The position numbers were made by a program, and so were the translations under genes. Shown here in pieces: positions 1-11,068 of a stretch of 64,000 nucleotides of DNA. The notes below the pieces were generated by a model. It had not been told where the DNA came from. It did no database searches and saw only the letters and a program-made list of their open reading frames with translations. The first letter of the stretch is position 1. The number at the start of each line of letters is the position of its first letter. Origin of the DNA: an uncultured Candidatus Binatia bacterium (lineage in GTDB: Bacteria; Desulfobacterota; Binatia; Binatales; Binataceae); contig CAYSCX010000013.1 in the NCBI GenBank assembly GCA_964429575.1, positions 588 to 64,587 on the forward strand, given 5' to 3'.

Positions 1-306
1 AGCGTGCCTGACGAGTTTGTGCGGCGCGATAATACCTTCTGCCTGCGCGTCAAGGGTGACTCGATGATCGAGGACGGAATTCGCGACGGCGACTACATCA
101 TCGTCGAGGGGCGCGACGCAGCGGACAACGGCGAAACTGTAGTCGCGCTGATAGGCGGCGAGGCGACCGTCAAGAAATTCTATCGCGAGCAGGGCGGCAG
201 AATCAGGCTTCAGCCCGCAAACTCGGCCATGGTGCCAATCGTCGTGAGCGAGAATGATCTCGCTATACGCGGCGTGGTCGTCGGGTTGATGCGCCACTAT
301 CGCTGA
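1..306 (+). CDS. lexA: LexA repressor, C-terminal S24 peptidase/dimerisation domain. The 5' end lies outside the window.
   Basis: The ORF 4..306 translation (…KGDSMIEDGIRDGDYIIVE…GVVVGLMRHY) matches the LexA/UmuD S24 autoprotease C-terminus, including the Ser-Lys dyad context. No start codon is present, so the gene continues upstream of the window. Confidence 0.8.
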   Translation, partial: SVPDEFVRRDNTFCLRVKGDSMIEDGIRDGDYIIVEGRDAADNGETVVALIGGEATVKKFYREQGGRIRLQPANSAMVPIVVSENDLAIRGVVVGLMRHYR

Positions 307-349
307 CGCGCCGCCAGCGATCTTCGATTCGACTCGACAAAATTCGCCG

Positions 350-1255
350 CTACGGCCGCGAGCGCGGAACTCGCGGGCCCGATGGTTGGCGCGGCGGCGC
401 TTTCGGTCTTGCGGCGAGCGCGGGCTGCGTGGCGCCGCCAAAGATCGATGGTTTTCGTTCGCGCGGCTCGATCATTTGCGGCGCCGGCACGCACGGAATC
501 GTCACCGTGAATTTCGAACCGCCGTCGCGCGAGCTCTCGACTTTCATATCACCGCCGACCGCGCCCACGTTGCGCTTGACCACCGTGAGCCCGAGCCCCA
601 GCCCGCGATGCCGGCGCGTCGTGGATGCCGATAGTTGCGCCCACGGCTCAAATGCGTGTTCCAGTTCCGCGGCGGCGATTCCGGGGCCGGTGTCTTTCAC
701 TTCGAACTCAATTGTATCCCCGTCTCTGCTACCGGTGCGGCGATGCGCGCTGATTGTCACGCTGCCACTCTCGGTGAATTTAATCGCGTTGAGCGCCAGG
801 TTCAGCAGTATCGCGCGCAACGCGCGGTGGCGGATTCGTATCGACCCGCATGAGCCGTCGATGTCGATCGCGAGCGCCAGGCCCTTTTCAGAATTCGCGA
901 TTTCCAGCGCCGGTATCAGCTCGGCGCCGAGCTCACAGAGGTCGACGTCCTCATCATCGGCCAATTCGGCGCCGGCGCGGACTCGCGCGAAATCGAGCAT
1001 GTTCTCGATTGCGAGCGCCAGATCGTACGCGTGAGACTGCATCCGCGAAATCAGCGGACGCATGCGCGCCGTGAGATCGGGAGCCATATCCTCCCGCAGG
1101 ATTTCCAGATAGCCGAGCAGCACCTGCGCCGGCGTGCGCAGCTCGTGCGCCAGATTGGCAAGCGTATCGAGATCTTGCGCGGCCGTGCCGATTTGCGCTC
1201 CTCGGCGTGCAGTACTGCCGGTCCCGGTCGCGCCAGAGTGAGAGAAATCGTCCAA
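350..1255 (-). CDS. Sensor-less cytoplasmic histidine kinase (HisKA + HATPase_c). It uses a TTG start and has no adjacent response regulator.
   Basis: It carries an H-box (HELRTPAQVLLGYLEIL) and the N, G1 and G2 boxes (DTGPGI, GLGLGL). Only about 30 aa precede the phospho-accepting His, and no TM or sensor domain is visible. A SD sequence (aaggaaagggg) precedes the TTG start. Confidence 0.75.
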   Translation of the reverse strand: MDDFSHSGATGTGSTARRGAQIGTAAQDLDTLANLAHELRTPAQVLLGYLEILREDMAPDLTARMRPLISRMQSHAYDLALAIENMLDFARVRAGAELADDEDVDLCELGAELIPALEIANSEKGLALAIDIDGSCGSIRIRHRALRAILLNLALNAIKFTESGSVTISAHRRTGSRDGDTIEFEVKDTGPGIAAAELEHAFEPWAQLSASTTRRHRGLGLGLTVVKRNVGAVGGDMKVESSRDGGSKFTVTIPCVPAPQMIEPRERKPSIFGGATQPALAARPKAPPRQPSGPRVPRSRP

Positions 1256-1450
1256 GTGCCCCTTTCCTTCTCGCTGGTTCTCTCGCTTGCGCCACGCCTT
1301 CGCGATGCGTGCGAGGTGAACCGGCGGTTCTGACGCTAAAGGATCAGGCGGCGACGACCAATCAGAGAAGTACGTAGTGGGCGGGGAAATACTACTTAGA
1401 CGCCGGGGGAAAAGTACCTATGCGGACGTGAGAGCGGCTGATGACTCGCA

Positions 1451-1559
1451 GCTAGTGCCGTTCCAACTTGTTGGTGCTAACTGACGTGGCAAAGTTTGCC
1501 AACCTGCCTCGGGGCAGCGTTCTATCGTCTTCGGTAAAAATAGTTGGAACGGCACTAGC
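1451..1559. repeat. A perfect 17-bp inverted repeat (GCTAGTGCCGTTCCAAC / GTTGGAACGGCACTAGC) encloses a 75-bp core that holds two further perfect hairpins. It is either a MITE-like element or a structured RNA.
   Basis: I read the arms directly at 1451-1467 and 1543-1559. The inner inverted repeats are tggcaaa-g-tttgcca at 1487-1501 and ctgcc-tcgg-ggcag at 1504-1517. The segment is AT-richer than the flanking DNA. Confidence 0.5.
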
Positions 1560-1740
1560 GGGATTCAACAGCAACGATTCGGTCCTGAATGCGAGTCGTG
1601 AAGCGCGGACTTTGCCGCCCGCCTGCGCTGGTCGAAGCTCAGCGCGCGCAAACCATCGGCGCCGAGGCCCGCGGAATTCATTCGCGCCAGTTCGCGCAGC
1701 ACGTCGCGGGCAAACTCAGCGATCTTTCGTCGCAGTGATT

Positions 1741-3777
1741 TCATGCCGCGGCACGCTCCGTTCGCCCGGACTTTTTCCGCGCTGCGAATATCAGCTTCAG
1801 CCACACGCGCGCGGAATCGGTGATGATGATAAGCACGATCGCGATCAGCAATGCGGTCATCACCGCATCGATGCGGTCGTTCCAGACCAAACGTGAAATT
1901 TCGTATGCGCGCCCTGCAGCCAGGTCCGGCCGCGCGAGTTCCGCCTCGAGTTGCGCCGCATGGGCGAGGAACCCGATGTTGGGGCGGGCGCTGAAAATCT
2001 TCTCGATCCCCGCGGTCATCGTAACCGAGACGAGCCACCCCAGCGGAATCAACGTAACGAACGCAAAGCGCGCCTTGCCGCTGCGGATCATCGCGGTGGT
2101 CGCGACGCACAGCGCGATGGTCGCGAGCATCTGGTTGGCAATCCCGAACAGCGGCCACAGCGAGTTGATGCCGCCGAGCGGATCGATCGCGCCGAAATAA
2201 AGAAAGTATCCCCACGCCGAAACAACCAGCGCCGACGTCACGATGATGTTGGGATACGACGCCGCATTTGCGAACGGACGGAACAGATTGCCGGCCAGGT
2301 CCTGAAGCATGAAGCGCGCGACGCGCGTGCCCGCGTCGAGAGTGGTCAGAATGAACAGCGCCTCGAACATGATCGCGAAGTGGTACCAAAGAGCCATCAG
2401 CGCCGGCCCGCCCAGCGTGCTTGCAAAGATGTGCGCCATGCCGACCGCGAGCGACGGCGCACCGCCGGTCCGCGCGTACAGCGTGGTCTCGCCGACCGAC
2501 TGCGCGAGCGACTGCATTTCAGCGTCGGTCACCGCGTAGCCCCACGACGAAATTGTTGCGGCGGCAAGGGCGCCGTGACCGACCACCCCCGCGGGGCTGT
2601 TGATCGCGAAGTAAACACCCGGCTGGAGCATCACCGCTGCGATCATCGCCATCACCGCCACGAACGACTCCATCATCATGCCGCCGTAGCCGATGAGGCG
2701 CGCGTCGCGCTCCTTCATCAGCATCTTGGGCGTCGTGCCAGAGGCGATCAGCGCATGGAATCCTGAAATCGCGCCGCACGCGACCGTGATGAATGCAAAC
2801 GGAAAGACCTTGCCGCCGAAGACCGGGCCGTTGCCATCGACGAACTGTGTCAGCGGGGGCATCAAAGCTGGCGGCGCGATTAGAACGATTCCCACCGCGA
2901 GCGCCGCGACGGTTCCGATCTTGATGAACGCGGAAAGATAGTCGCGCGGCGCGAGCAGCAACCAAATCGGGAGCACCGAGGCCAAAAACCCGTAGGCGAT
3001 GATCCACAGCGAAAGCGCGCGGGCATCGAGCAGGAAGTACGCCCCCCAGCTGAAGCTCTCGACGTAGCGGCCGCCGACGACCGCGAGAACCACCAGCGCG
3101 AGGCCGATTGCGGTCGCCTCGATGAACCGCCCGGGCCGCAAGTAGGTCATGTACACGCCGACCAGCATCGCGATTGGCACCGTCGCGGCGACGGTCGAAG
3201 TCGCCCACGCGCTGTCCTTCATCGCGTTGACCACCACCAGCCCCAGCACCGCGATCAGAATCACCATGATGAGCATCACGCCGGCCAGCGCGGTGAGACC
3301 GCCGACCGGGCCGATCTCCTCGCGCGCCATCTGGCCGAGCGAGCGGCCGTCGCGCTTGAGCGAGTAGCCCAGTATCACGAAGTCCTGGACGCATCCGCCA
3401 AGCACCGCGCCGACGATGATCCAAATCGTCGATGGCAGGTAGCCGAACTGCGCTGCGAGCACGGGGCCGACCAGCGGTCCCGGACCTGCAATCGCCGCGA
3501 AGTGGTGGCCGAAGGTTATCCACTTGGGCGTGGGAACGTAGTCGCGTCCGTTGTCGAGTCGGACCGCCGGAGTTGGGTGCGAGTCGTCGAGTTCGAGGAT
3601 GCGGTCGGCGATGAAGCGTGAGTAGAAGCGGTAGCCGACCGCGTAAATGCACACCGCGGCGACCATGAACCACAGCACGCTCGGAGCGTCCTCGCCGCGC
3701 GCAGTCGCGATTACGCCAAGACCGGCCGCGCCCAGCGCCGCAATCGCGGTCCACATCAGGATTCGAATGTAGGTCAT
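1741..3777 (-). CDS. cstA: Carbon starvation protein CstA, a polytopic peptide/pyruvate transporter.
   Basis: The 678-aa protein has the characteristic CstA N-terminus (…YRFYSRFIA…[34 protein letters not shown]…) and many TM helices. Confidence 0.9.
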   Translation of the reverse strand: MTYIRILMWTAIAALGAAGLGVIATARGEDAPSVLWFMVAAVCIYAVGYRFYSRFIADRILELDDSHPTPAVRLDNGRDYVPTPKWITFGHHFAAIAGPGPLVGPVLAAQFGYLPSTIWIIVGAVLGGCVQDFVILGYSLKRDGRSLGQMAREEIGPVGGLTALAGVMLIMVILIAVLGLVVVNAMKDSAWATSTVAATVPIAMLVGVYMTYLRPGRFIEATAIGLALVVLAVVGGRYVESFSWGAYFLLDARALSLWIIAYGFLASVLPIWLLLAPRDYLSAFIKIGTVAALAVGIVLIAPPALMPPLTQFVDGNGPVFGGKVFPFAFITVACGAISGFHALIASGTTPKMLMKERDARLIGYGGMMMESFVAVMAMIAAVMLQPGVYFAINSPAGVVGHGALAAATISSWGYAVTDAEMQSLAQSVGETTLYARTGGAPSLAVGMAHIFASTLGGPALMALWYHFAIMFEALFILTTLDAGTRVARFMLQDLAGNLFRPFANAASYPNIIVTSALVVSAWGYFLYFGAIDPLGGINSLWPLFGIANQMLATIALCVATTAMIRSGKARFAFVTLIPLGWLVSVTMTAGIEKIFSARPNIGFLAHAAQLEAELARPDLAAGRAYEISRLVWNDRIDAVMTALLIAIVLIIITDSARVWLKLIFAARKKSGRTERAAA

Positions 3778-3958
3778 CGCAGCCGCGGCTCTCTCGGCGA
3801 ACTAATGCCGCCCCGCCGAGAGTCTAGCGAGGGCAGGAATCAGGCGGAAGCAAAGCGCCCCGCCAAACGCGGCGCGAATCGTTCGATGGGGGCAGGTATG
3901 AGGCTAAAGCAAATCGCACGGCGATGAACCGCGCGACGCACTTGGGAAGGAACAAACC

Positions 3959-4171
3959 TCAGGCAGTCGGTCCGGGCTTGCTCTCACCCGGCTTGGTTTC
4001 GTCGGGTTTGGCGCTGGTGGACGGCGGGTTCTCGGGCTCGCTGACCGCGCGCTTGAAATCGCGGATTGCTTTTCCAAGTGCGCCGCCCACGTCGCCGAGC
4101 TTGCTGGGGCCGAACACCAAAAGAATGATGAGCAGGATAATCAACAGCTCAGTGGGTCCGAACCATCCCAT
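3959..4171 (-). CDS. tatA: Twin-arginine translocase subunit TatA/E.
   Basis: The 70-aa protein starts [25 protein letters not shown], i.e. a TM helix followed by an amphipathic helix and a charged tail. This is typical TatA. Confidence 0.85.
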   Translation of the reverse strand: MGWFGPTELLIILLIILLVFGPSKLGDVGGALGKAIRDFKRAVSEPENPPSTSAKPDETKPGESKPGPTA

Positions 4172-4257
4172 GGCTTACTCCGGCGCGGCCGCGATAATGG
4201 CCGAGCTGTAATCAGTCTATACTCCGCGCTCGCGCCAATACCACCGGCCCGCGCTTG

Positions 4258-5678
<1,421 letters not shown>

Positions 5679-5682
<4 letters not shown>

Positions 5683-7394
5683 TGTGCGCTGACCGGCGAT
5701 GCGAGCTGGGTCTGTGGCTCGGCTTCAGCGGTGGGCAGAGCGATGGTGACGGTAGTTCCCTTCCCGACCTCGCTCTCGACACGAATTGACCCGCGATTAG
5801 AGAGAATGATCCGCTGGCAAAGCGACAGCCCCAGTCCCACGCCGGACCCGGCCGGCTTGGTGGTGAAAAAGGGATCGAAGACGCGATTGAGGTTCTCCGC
5901 AGGGATGCCGGCGCCGTTGTCGATGATTCGCAGCACCACGCCGCGCGCGCTGCCTTTGTTCTGTTGGTCGGGGAGATTCTCGGTGATGACGCGAATGCGG
6001 CTGCCGTCGCCATTGCTCGCATCCGCGGCGTTAAAGAGCAGGTTCAGCAGCACCTGTTGAATTTCGTTGTCGTCGGCAAATACCGGCCTCAGGTCGGCCG
6101 CCAAATCAGGCTCGATTCGAATTGCTCTGAAGCGCTTGTTGTACGTGACGAGCCGCAAGGCTTCGGTGATGAGGTCGTTTAGATTGACGGCTTTGCGCTG
6201 GGTGGTGGATGGCCGCGCGAAATTGACCAGGTCCTTGAGCGTGCCCGAGATGCGCGTGATCTGCGAAAGAATCGTGTGCAGCGTAGTTTGGCGATTCTGA
6301 TCGTTTTCTCCGGAGAGCAACGATTGCACAAGCGATGAAATCGATGCGAGCGGGTTGTTCACTTCGTGCGCGACGCCCGCCGCAAACGTACCAGTCGCTG
6401 CCAGACGCTCGGCCTTGAGCAGCTCATCGAGCATCTGTCGGCGTTGCGTGACGTCGTGGAGGATCATCTGGATGAAGCGCTGGTGGCCGAACGAGATCAG
6501 CGCCGAGTGCACGTCGAAGAAGCGTGGACCGAGCGGAAGGTCGAACGCCCAGTGAGTGCCCTGCTGAACTACCGTTTGCAGGTGCTTCTCCGTATCCGGC
6601 CGCATCTCCGGCGGCACCATCTCCGTGAGCTTCAAACCCACCGGCGACGGCTGGTGGTCGGCGGACTCGCCCTTCCACATCTCGCGCGCCGCGGCATTAA
6701 CGCCGATCACCGTGAACGTGTCCGCGTCGATTTCGTACATCGGGTCGGGCGCATGGTCGATCGAATTGCGATACTTCTCCTCCGACGCCCGCAACAGCCG
6801 CTCGCGAGACTCGATGTAGAACTGCGAAACCATCAGGCGCCGCTCGTCGATCGCGGCGACCACGATGTCGCGCAACCGCTCCGCGCGCGCGCCTTGCGCC
6901 GCCGCGCGAACGTGCCGAAGGATTATCTGCTTGAGCGCGATGTGTATCGTGTTGAACTGCGACGGCTCCGCACGCGCGAGCATTCCCTCCTGACAATGAC
7001 GCCGCAAATAAACGTACGTCCTGAGATCGTCCGGGTCTCTGAGATGCGCGACGAAGCGGGCAAGCGAGTTCGCAAGGTCAGGTTTTCGGCGTGCTGAGGA
7101 TTCCGCGCCGAACGGGTCGCCAAAGATGGTCGAGATGGCGGCCGACCATTCTCCAACGATTCCATCGAAATGGTTCTCGATCAGTTCGGCCGCCTCCGCG
7201 CGCGCTTCCAGGCAGTCGGGCTCGCGGCAATAGACCTCGCCGAAAAGCCGGGATAGCAATCGCTCTATTGTCGCCAGCTGCTGTCGAATTGTCTCAAGCT
7301 CATCGGGGCTCGCCTCAATGGCCGGATCGGTTGGTACTTGCGGGGTCGTGAACTTGGGTTCTCGGCTGCATCCGCAAGCGCGTACAGGTTTCAT
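5679..7394 (-). CDS. PAS-domain sensor histidine kinase that partners the NtrC-type regulator.
   Basis: It has an H-box (HEVNNPLASISSLVQ) and an HATPase_c domain (IDNGAGIP…GVGLGLSL) preceded by a PAS-like region. The N-terminus is Cys-rich (CGCS). There is an ATGA overlap with the regulator gene. Confidence 0.85.
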
Positions 7395-7515
7395 TTGATG
7401 GTCATCCTTGGGCGAGCGATTGAGCGAAACGTCCTAGTGTCGCGAGATTGGTGAGGGGACTCTCGGACGCGTCGCCACCATTCCAACGTAAGCAAATCTG
7501 ACTCGACGTATAACA

Positions 7516-7565
7516 TTCGCAATTCTGCGAAGCAAAACCCGGGGGGTCTGCTCGCACTTTGCGAA
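7516..7565. promoter_or_regulatory. Candidate enhancer (UAS) sites for the NtrC-type regulator: a TTCGCA-N4-TGCGAA palindrome plus a third TTTGCGAA half-site.
   Basis: The palindrome lies at 7516-7531 and the half-site at 7558-7565. Both are about 110-160 bp upstream of the sigma54-like promoter, in the divergent intergenic region. Confidence 0.3.
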
Positions 7566-7673
7566 TCGCTGCTGAGTCCTGATCAAAGCCGCAAATCGTT
7601 GACCAGCCATCCCAATACGTGCTCGGGCAATCGGAGCCTACCAGATAAGCGGCTGAAATTGTTCGGTTCCGGA

Positions 7674-7690
7674 GTGGCACATCTCTCGCT
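7674..7690 (+). promoter_or_regulatory. Sigma54-type (-24/-12) promoter candidate, TGGCAC-N5-TCGC, with exact GG-N10-GC spacing.
   Basis: The sequence gTGGCACatctcTCGCt places GG at 7676-7677 and GC at 7688-7689. The ATG of the GT2 gene is about 32 bp downstream. A sigma54-dependent activator is encoded divergently. Confidence 0.4.
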
Positions 7691-7720
7691 CTAGCGCCTC
7701 TCTCAGAGGGACCCATCTCG

Positions 7721-10276
7721 ATGTCCGTCAGCGCCATCTCGTCGTCGATTACCATCACTACTCACGGCAAGTTCTTTTCCCGCAACAAGCAGAAGTTCTT
7801 CTTCAAGGGAATGCGCATCGGGCACACGCCCGCAGTGCTCGATTTCGTAGAAAAACTGAAGCTCCGCAAGCGCCTCGACGACCTCAAGTCCGGTTACGCG
7901 ACCGGCCTCATCCTCGACGAATCGCAGGCGCAACATGTTCTCGACCTGGCCGCACAGGCCGGTCTTCCCACCCTGATTGAAATCAGAATTGAGCCCGCCG
8001 AGGTCCGCGATCCGGATCGGTGGCGGAGCGCGGTTTCACGAGTGGCGCACCTCGCCAACGTACTGCGCGGACGCCCGGCGCTGCTCGGATATCTCGTCGA
8101 TTGCCCGCTCGGCCAGGACGAACTGCGCGCTCTCGGCCTCGAACGCGCGCGCCGGCGCCTGCGCTACTTACTGACCACACTCAAGCAGCGCGACGAGCGA
8201 GCGATGGTCGCGCTGAGGCATCGCGCAGCCACCTGCGCGCTTGCGCTGCTTGATGAGGACTTCATTTACGCAGACGTCCCGGCGCTCTCGCCGGTCGATC
8301 TCAAAAACTACGTCGCAGGACTGCACAACCTCGCCGAGTCACGGCCGGTCGTGCTCGAATTCGCGGTGCCGTCGCCGGGACAGGACGAGGCGGTTGCGCT
8401 GGTATTCGGCGCCGGGGCGGCGGGCGTGGTCGCACCGCCGGTTCCCGCGGCTCCGCCGGCGTCGCACGACTGGCTCGGCGCGAAGCTTTTGCGGGCGTCG
8501 GACCTGATGCCGTTCGTGACGCTCAATGGTGCGTGCCCGCCGGGACCGGCGGAGACGCCGATGGTCTCGGTCGTCATCTGCGCATACAACGCAGAGCGCA
8601 CGATGCGCGCCTGCCTCGAATCACTCCGTCACATCGACTATCCAAACCTTGAGGTCGTCATCGTCGATGACGGCTCGCGCGATCGCACCGCCGAGATCGC
8701 TTCGGAGTTCCCGCAGTTTCGCCTGATTCGCCAGCCCAACAAGGGATTGGCGGTAGCGCGCAACGTGGGACTTCACGCCGCGCGCGGCGAAATCGTCGCG
8801 TACACCGACTCCGACTGCGTAGTCGATCCGCACTGGGTCAGCCTGATGGTGCGTGCGATGGAGCAAGGCGGCTTCGACGGGTGCGGCGGTCCGAACTACG
8901 CGCCGCACGAAGACGGCAGGACTCAGGGTTGCGTGGCGGCGTCGCCCGGCGCCCCGTCGCACGTGCTGGTCGCGCAAGACCGCGCGGAGCATCTGGCCGG
9001 TTGCAACATGATGTTCACCAAGACGGCGCTCGTGAAGGTCGGCGGTTTCGACGCGCGCTTCCGCACTGCCGGCGACGATGTGGACATCTGCTGGCGGCTT
9101 ATCGATGCCGGCTTCGCGCTCGGCTACAGTCCGGCGGCGTTCGTCTGGCACTTCCGCCGCAACACCATCCGGGCCTACTACGGACAGCAAAAGGGTTACG
9201 GTCGCGCAGAAGCGATGCTGTTCGAGTTGTATCCGGAGCGCTTCAATAGTCTCAGCCAGATCAGATGGCGCGGAACCATTCCGGGGCTCGCCCGCACGAT
9301 TCCCGGCGGCGCGCGCAAACGCGTGCGTTGGTCGGTGAAAAGCCCGGCGATCACCGCCGCGACGTTCGATCAACCGCTTAGCGTTGCGAAGTGTCTGCCG
9401 CTCACCGGTGAATGGACTCTGGTGTGGGCGATTGTCGCAGTCGCCTTCGCGCTGACCGGGCTTGGCGTGATGCCTGCGCTCGCGATGCTCACGCTCGGGC
9501 CCATCTGGTCGCTCTACTACGCGTGGCACGCGCCGCTCGAAAAGTGCCACGATGGCTTGAAGTCACGCCTCCTGATCGCGTTCCTCGCATTCACAGGTCC
9601 GATGGCACGCTCAATCGAACGCTACAAGACGCGGGTCAGGCTCGCGCGCGACGCCGCATTCGATTCGCCGGCCCGCCAGCGCCCCGCATGGAGCTTCTTC
9701 CGCCGTGCTCTGCGTCTCGCCTACTGGAACCAGACCCATGTGACGCGCGAGAGCCTGCTCGACCGCGTGATCAAGGCTGCGTCGCGCGCAGGGTACGCGG
9801 CGCTCGTCGACCAGGGTTGGAACGATTACGACCTCGAGATTCGCCCCAATCCGTGGGTCAAGCTTCAGTTGAAAACCGCGGACGAGGAGCACGAAGGCGC
9901 GCGGCTCAAGAATCATGTCGTCGCGCGCGTGAGACTCACCATGTTGAGCAAGATGGGCCTGATGACCGGCGCGATGGTGACCGTCGGGTGCGCGGCGATG
10001 CGCCTGCCGCTGCCCGCCGCCGCGACCACGGCTGCAACCGTTGTCGGCGCCGCGTACGTCTTGATGCAGACGATGGCGGCGGCGCGCTGGGCCTACCGCG
10101 CCATCGAGCAGGGCGCATCGGAGCTCGAGCTGGTTCCGCTCGGCAAGCCCACCCGCCAGTGGCGGCGTACGCAGGCGGCCGGAGCGACGGTCACAGCTCC
10201 GCGTCCCGCGCTTGCGGCACAGGATTTCGCAGCGCAGCGCGCCGCGTCCGAGCCTGACGCCGGCGCTCAGCCCTGA
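7721..10276 (+). CDS. 851-aa multidomain family-2 glycosyltransferase. It has an uncharacterised N-terminal domain of about 270 aa, a GT2 catalytic core, and a C-terminal polytopic membrane domain.
   Basis: A GT-A core is visible (VSVVICAYNAERT…VVIVDDGSRDRT…YTDSDCVVDP), with DDG and DSD motifs. Several hydrophobic helices lie after residue about 520. The N-terminal 270 aa match nothing I recognise. Confidence 0.8.
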   Translation: MSVSAISSSITITTHGKFFSRNKQKFFFKGMRIGHTPAVLDFVEKLKLRKRLDDLKSGYATGLILDESQAQHVLDLAAQAGLPTLIEIRIEPAEVRDPDRWRSAVSRVAHLANVLRGRPALLGYLVDCPLGQDELRALGLERARRRLRYLLTTLKQRDERAMVALRHRAATCALALLDEDFIYADVPALSPVDLKNYVAGLHNLAESRPVVLEFAVPSPGQDEAVALVFGAGAAGVVAPPVPAAPPASHDWLGAKLLRASDLMPFVTLNGACPPGPAETPMVSVVICAYNAERTMRACLESLRHIDYPNLEVVIVDDGSRDRTAEIASEFPQFRLIRQPNKGLAVARNVGLHAARGEIVAYTDSDCVVDPHWVSLMVRAMEQGGFDGCGGPNYAPHEDGRTQGCVAASPGAPSHVLVAQDRAEHLAGCNMMFTKTALVKVGGFDARFRTAGDDVDICWRLIDAGFALGYSPAAFVWHFRRNTIRAYYGQQKGYGRAEAMLFELYPERFNSLSQIRWRGTIPGLARTIPGGARKRVRWSVKSPAITAATFDQPLSVAKCLPLTGEWTLVWAIVAVAFALTGLGVMPALAMLTLGPIWSLYYAWHAPLEKCHDGLKSRLLIAFLAFTGPMARSIERYKTRVRLARDAAFDSPARQRPAWSFFRRALRLAYWNQTHVTRESLLDRVIKAASRAGYAALVDQGWNDYDLEIRPNPWVKLQLKTADEEHEGARLKNHVVARVRLTMLSKMGLMTGAMVTVGCAAMRLPLPAAATTAATVVGAAYVLMQTMAAARWAYRAIEQGASELELVPLGKPTRQWRRTQAAGATVTAPRPALAAQDFAAQRAASEPDAGAQP

Positions 10277-10734
10277 AGAATCTTCCTTAGCTCGCGGAGG
10301 TCGCGGCGCACCTCGGAAAGCACCCGCCGCACGCCGCTATCCATTCCTGACGCGCGCCCCGGTGCGGATTCTCCACCGCTCTCGCGGCGCGCACGCGCGG
10401 CAACCACGCCAAGGTGCGACGCGTCCAATCCGAACTCACGGATATATTTGTTTGCGCCGGCAATCGTGAAGCCCTCCTCGTGCAGCAGGCGTTTGATTAG
10501 GCGCAACGCCTCGACATCCTTCTCATGGTAGAAGCGATGTCGCGACCGCGTGTGCTCCGGGCGCAGCACCGCAAACTGGGTCTCCCAAAATCGCAGCACA
10601 TAGGTCTCGACGCCGAGCAGGTTGGCGGCCTCGCCGATCTTGAGTCCGCGCTCCGGTATCGACGCCGGCGCGCTTGGCGGCCCGGACTTCCGCGGACGTC
10701 GGGAACGTACCGCCCGGCGATTGTTTCGGGTCAT
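10267..10734 (-). CDS. MerR-family transcriptional regulator.
   Basis: An N-terminal MerR HTH is present (GLKIGEAANLLGVETYVLRFWETQF). Its position downstream of pheT-ihfA is conserved in many Proteobacteria. The 3' end overlaps the GT2 gene convergently by 10 bp. Confidence 0.8.
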   Translation of the reverse strand: MTRNNRRAVRSRRPRKSGPPSAPASIPERGLKIGEAANLLGVETYVLRFWETQFAVLRPEHTRSRHRFYHEKDVEALRLIKRLLHEEGFTIAGANKYIREFGLDASHLGVVAARARRESGGESAPGRASGMDSGVRRVLSEVRRDLRELRKILQG

Positions 10735-11024
10735 GAGCGAGAGCGGTTGCCGTTGTCGACGTCGGTTTTGAGGACTTGACTGGGCTTGAATGAGAGCACC
10801 CTTCGCGAGTCGATCATGATGGGTGCGCCGGTCTGCGGGTTGCGGCCGCGGCGCGCGTTTTTCTCGTTCACAGCGAAGGTGCCGAAGCCGGAGATTTTCA
10901 CTTTCTCGCCGTCACGCAGCTTCTCGCGAATGATCGAGAATATCTCCTCAACAACTTTGCTCGCCTCCTTCTTGGAGGTGCGTACCCGCTCGTAGATCAA
11001 ATCCACGAGGTCGGCTTTGGTCAT
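10731..11024 (-). CDS. ihfA: Integration host factor alpha subunit (HU/IHF family).
   Basis: The HU/IHF fold signature is present (GFGTFAVNEKNARRGRNPQTGAPIMI). It lies immediately downstream of pheT, as in E. coli. Confidence 0.85.
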   Translation of the reverse strand: MTKADLVDLIYERVRTSKKEASKVVEEIFSIIREKLRDGEKVKISGFGTFAVNEKNARRGRNPQTGAPIMIDSRRVLSFKPSQVLKTDVDNGNRSRS

Positions 11025-11068
11025 GCTTGGCGGCGTAGCTTCCCCCGAACGGTCGTGGTCAGCACGCT

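Noticed and set aside
1468-1896. A 142-aa plus-strand ORF that spans the cstA 3' end and the inverted-repeat element.
   Set aside because: It overlaps the cstA coding sequence antisense and has no SD. Its composition, Ser/Arg/Ala-rich, suggests noise.
2519-3754. A 411-aa ORF antisense to cstA. Similar long antisense ORFs occur at 16156-17790 (antisense to thrS), 43270-44025 (antisense to dnaK), 29286-30422, 37128-38135, 58041-59108, 8621-9550 and elsewhere.
   Set aside because: The translations are Arg/Ala/Gly/Pro-rich low-complexity sequence of the kind produced by the reverse strand of high-GC coding DNA. Each one lies entirely inside a confidently identified gene. These are GC-driven open frames, not genes.
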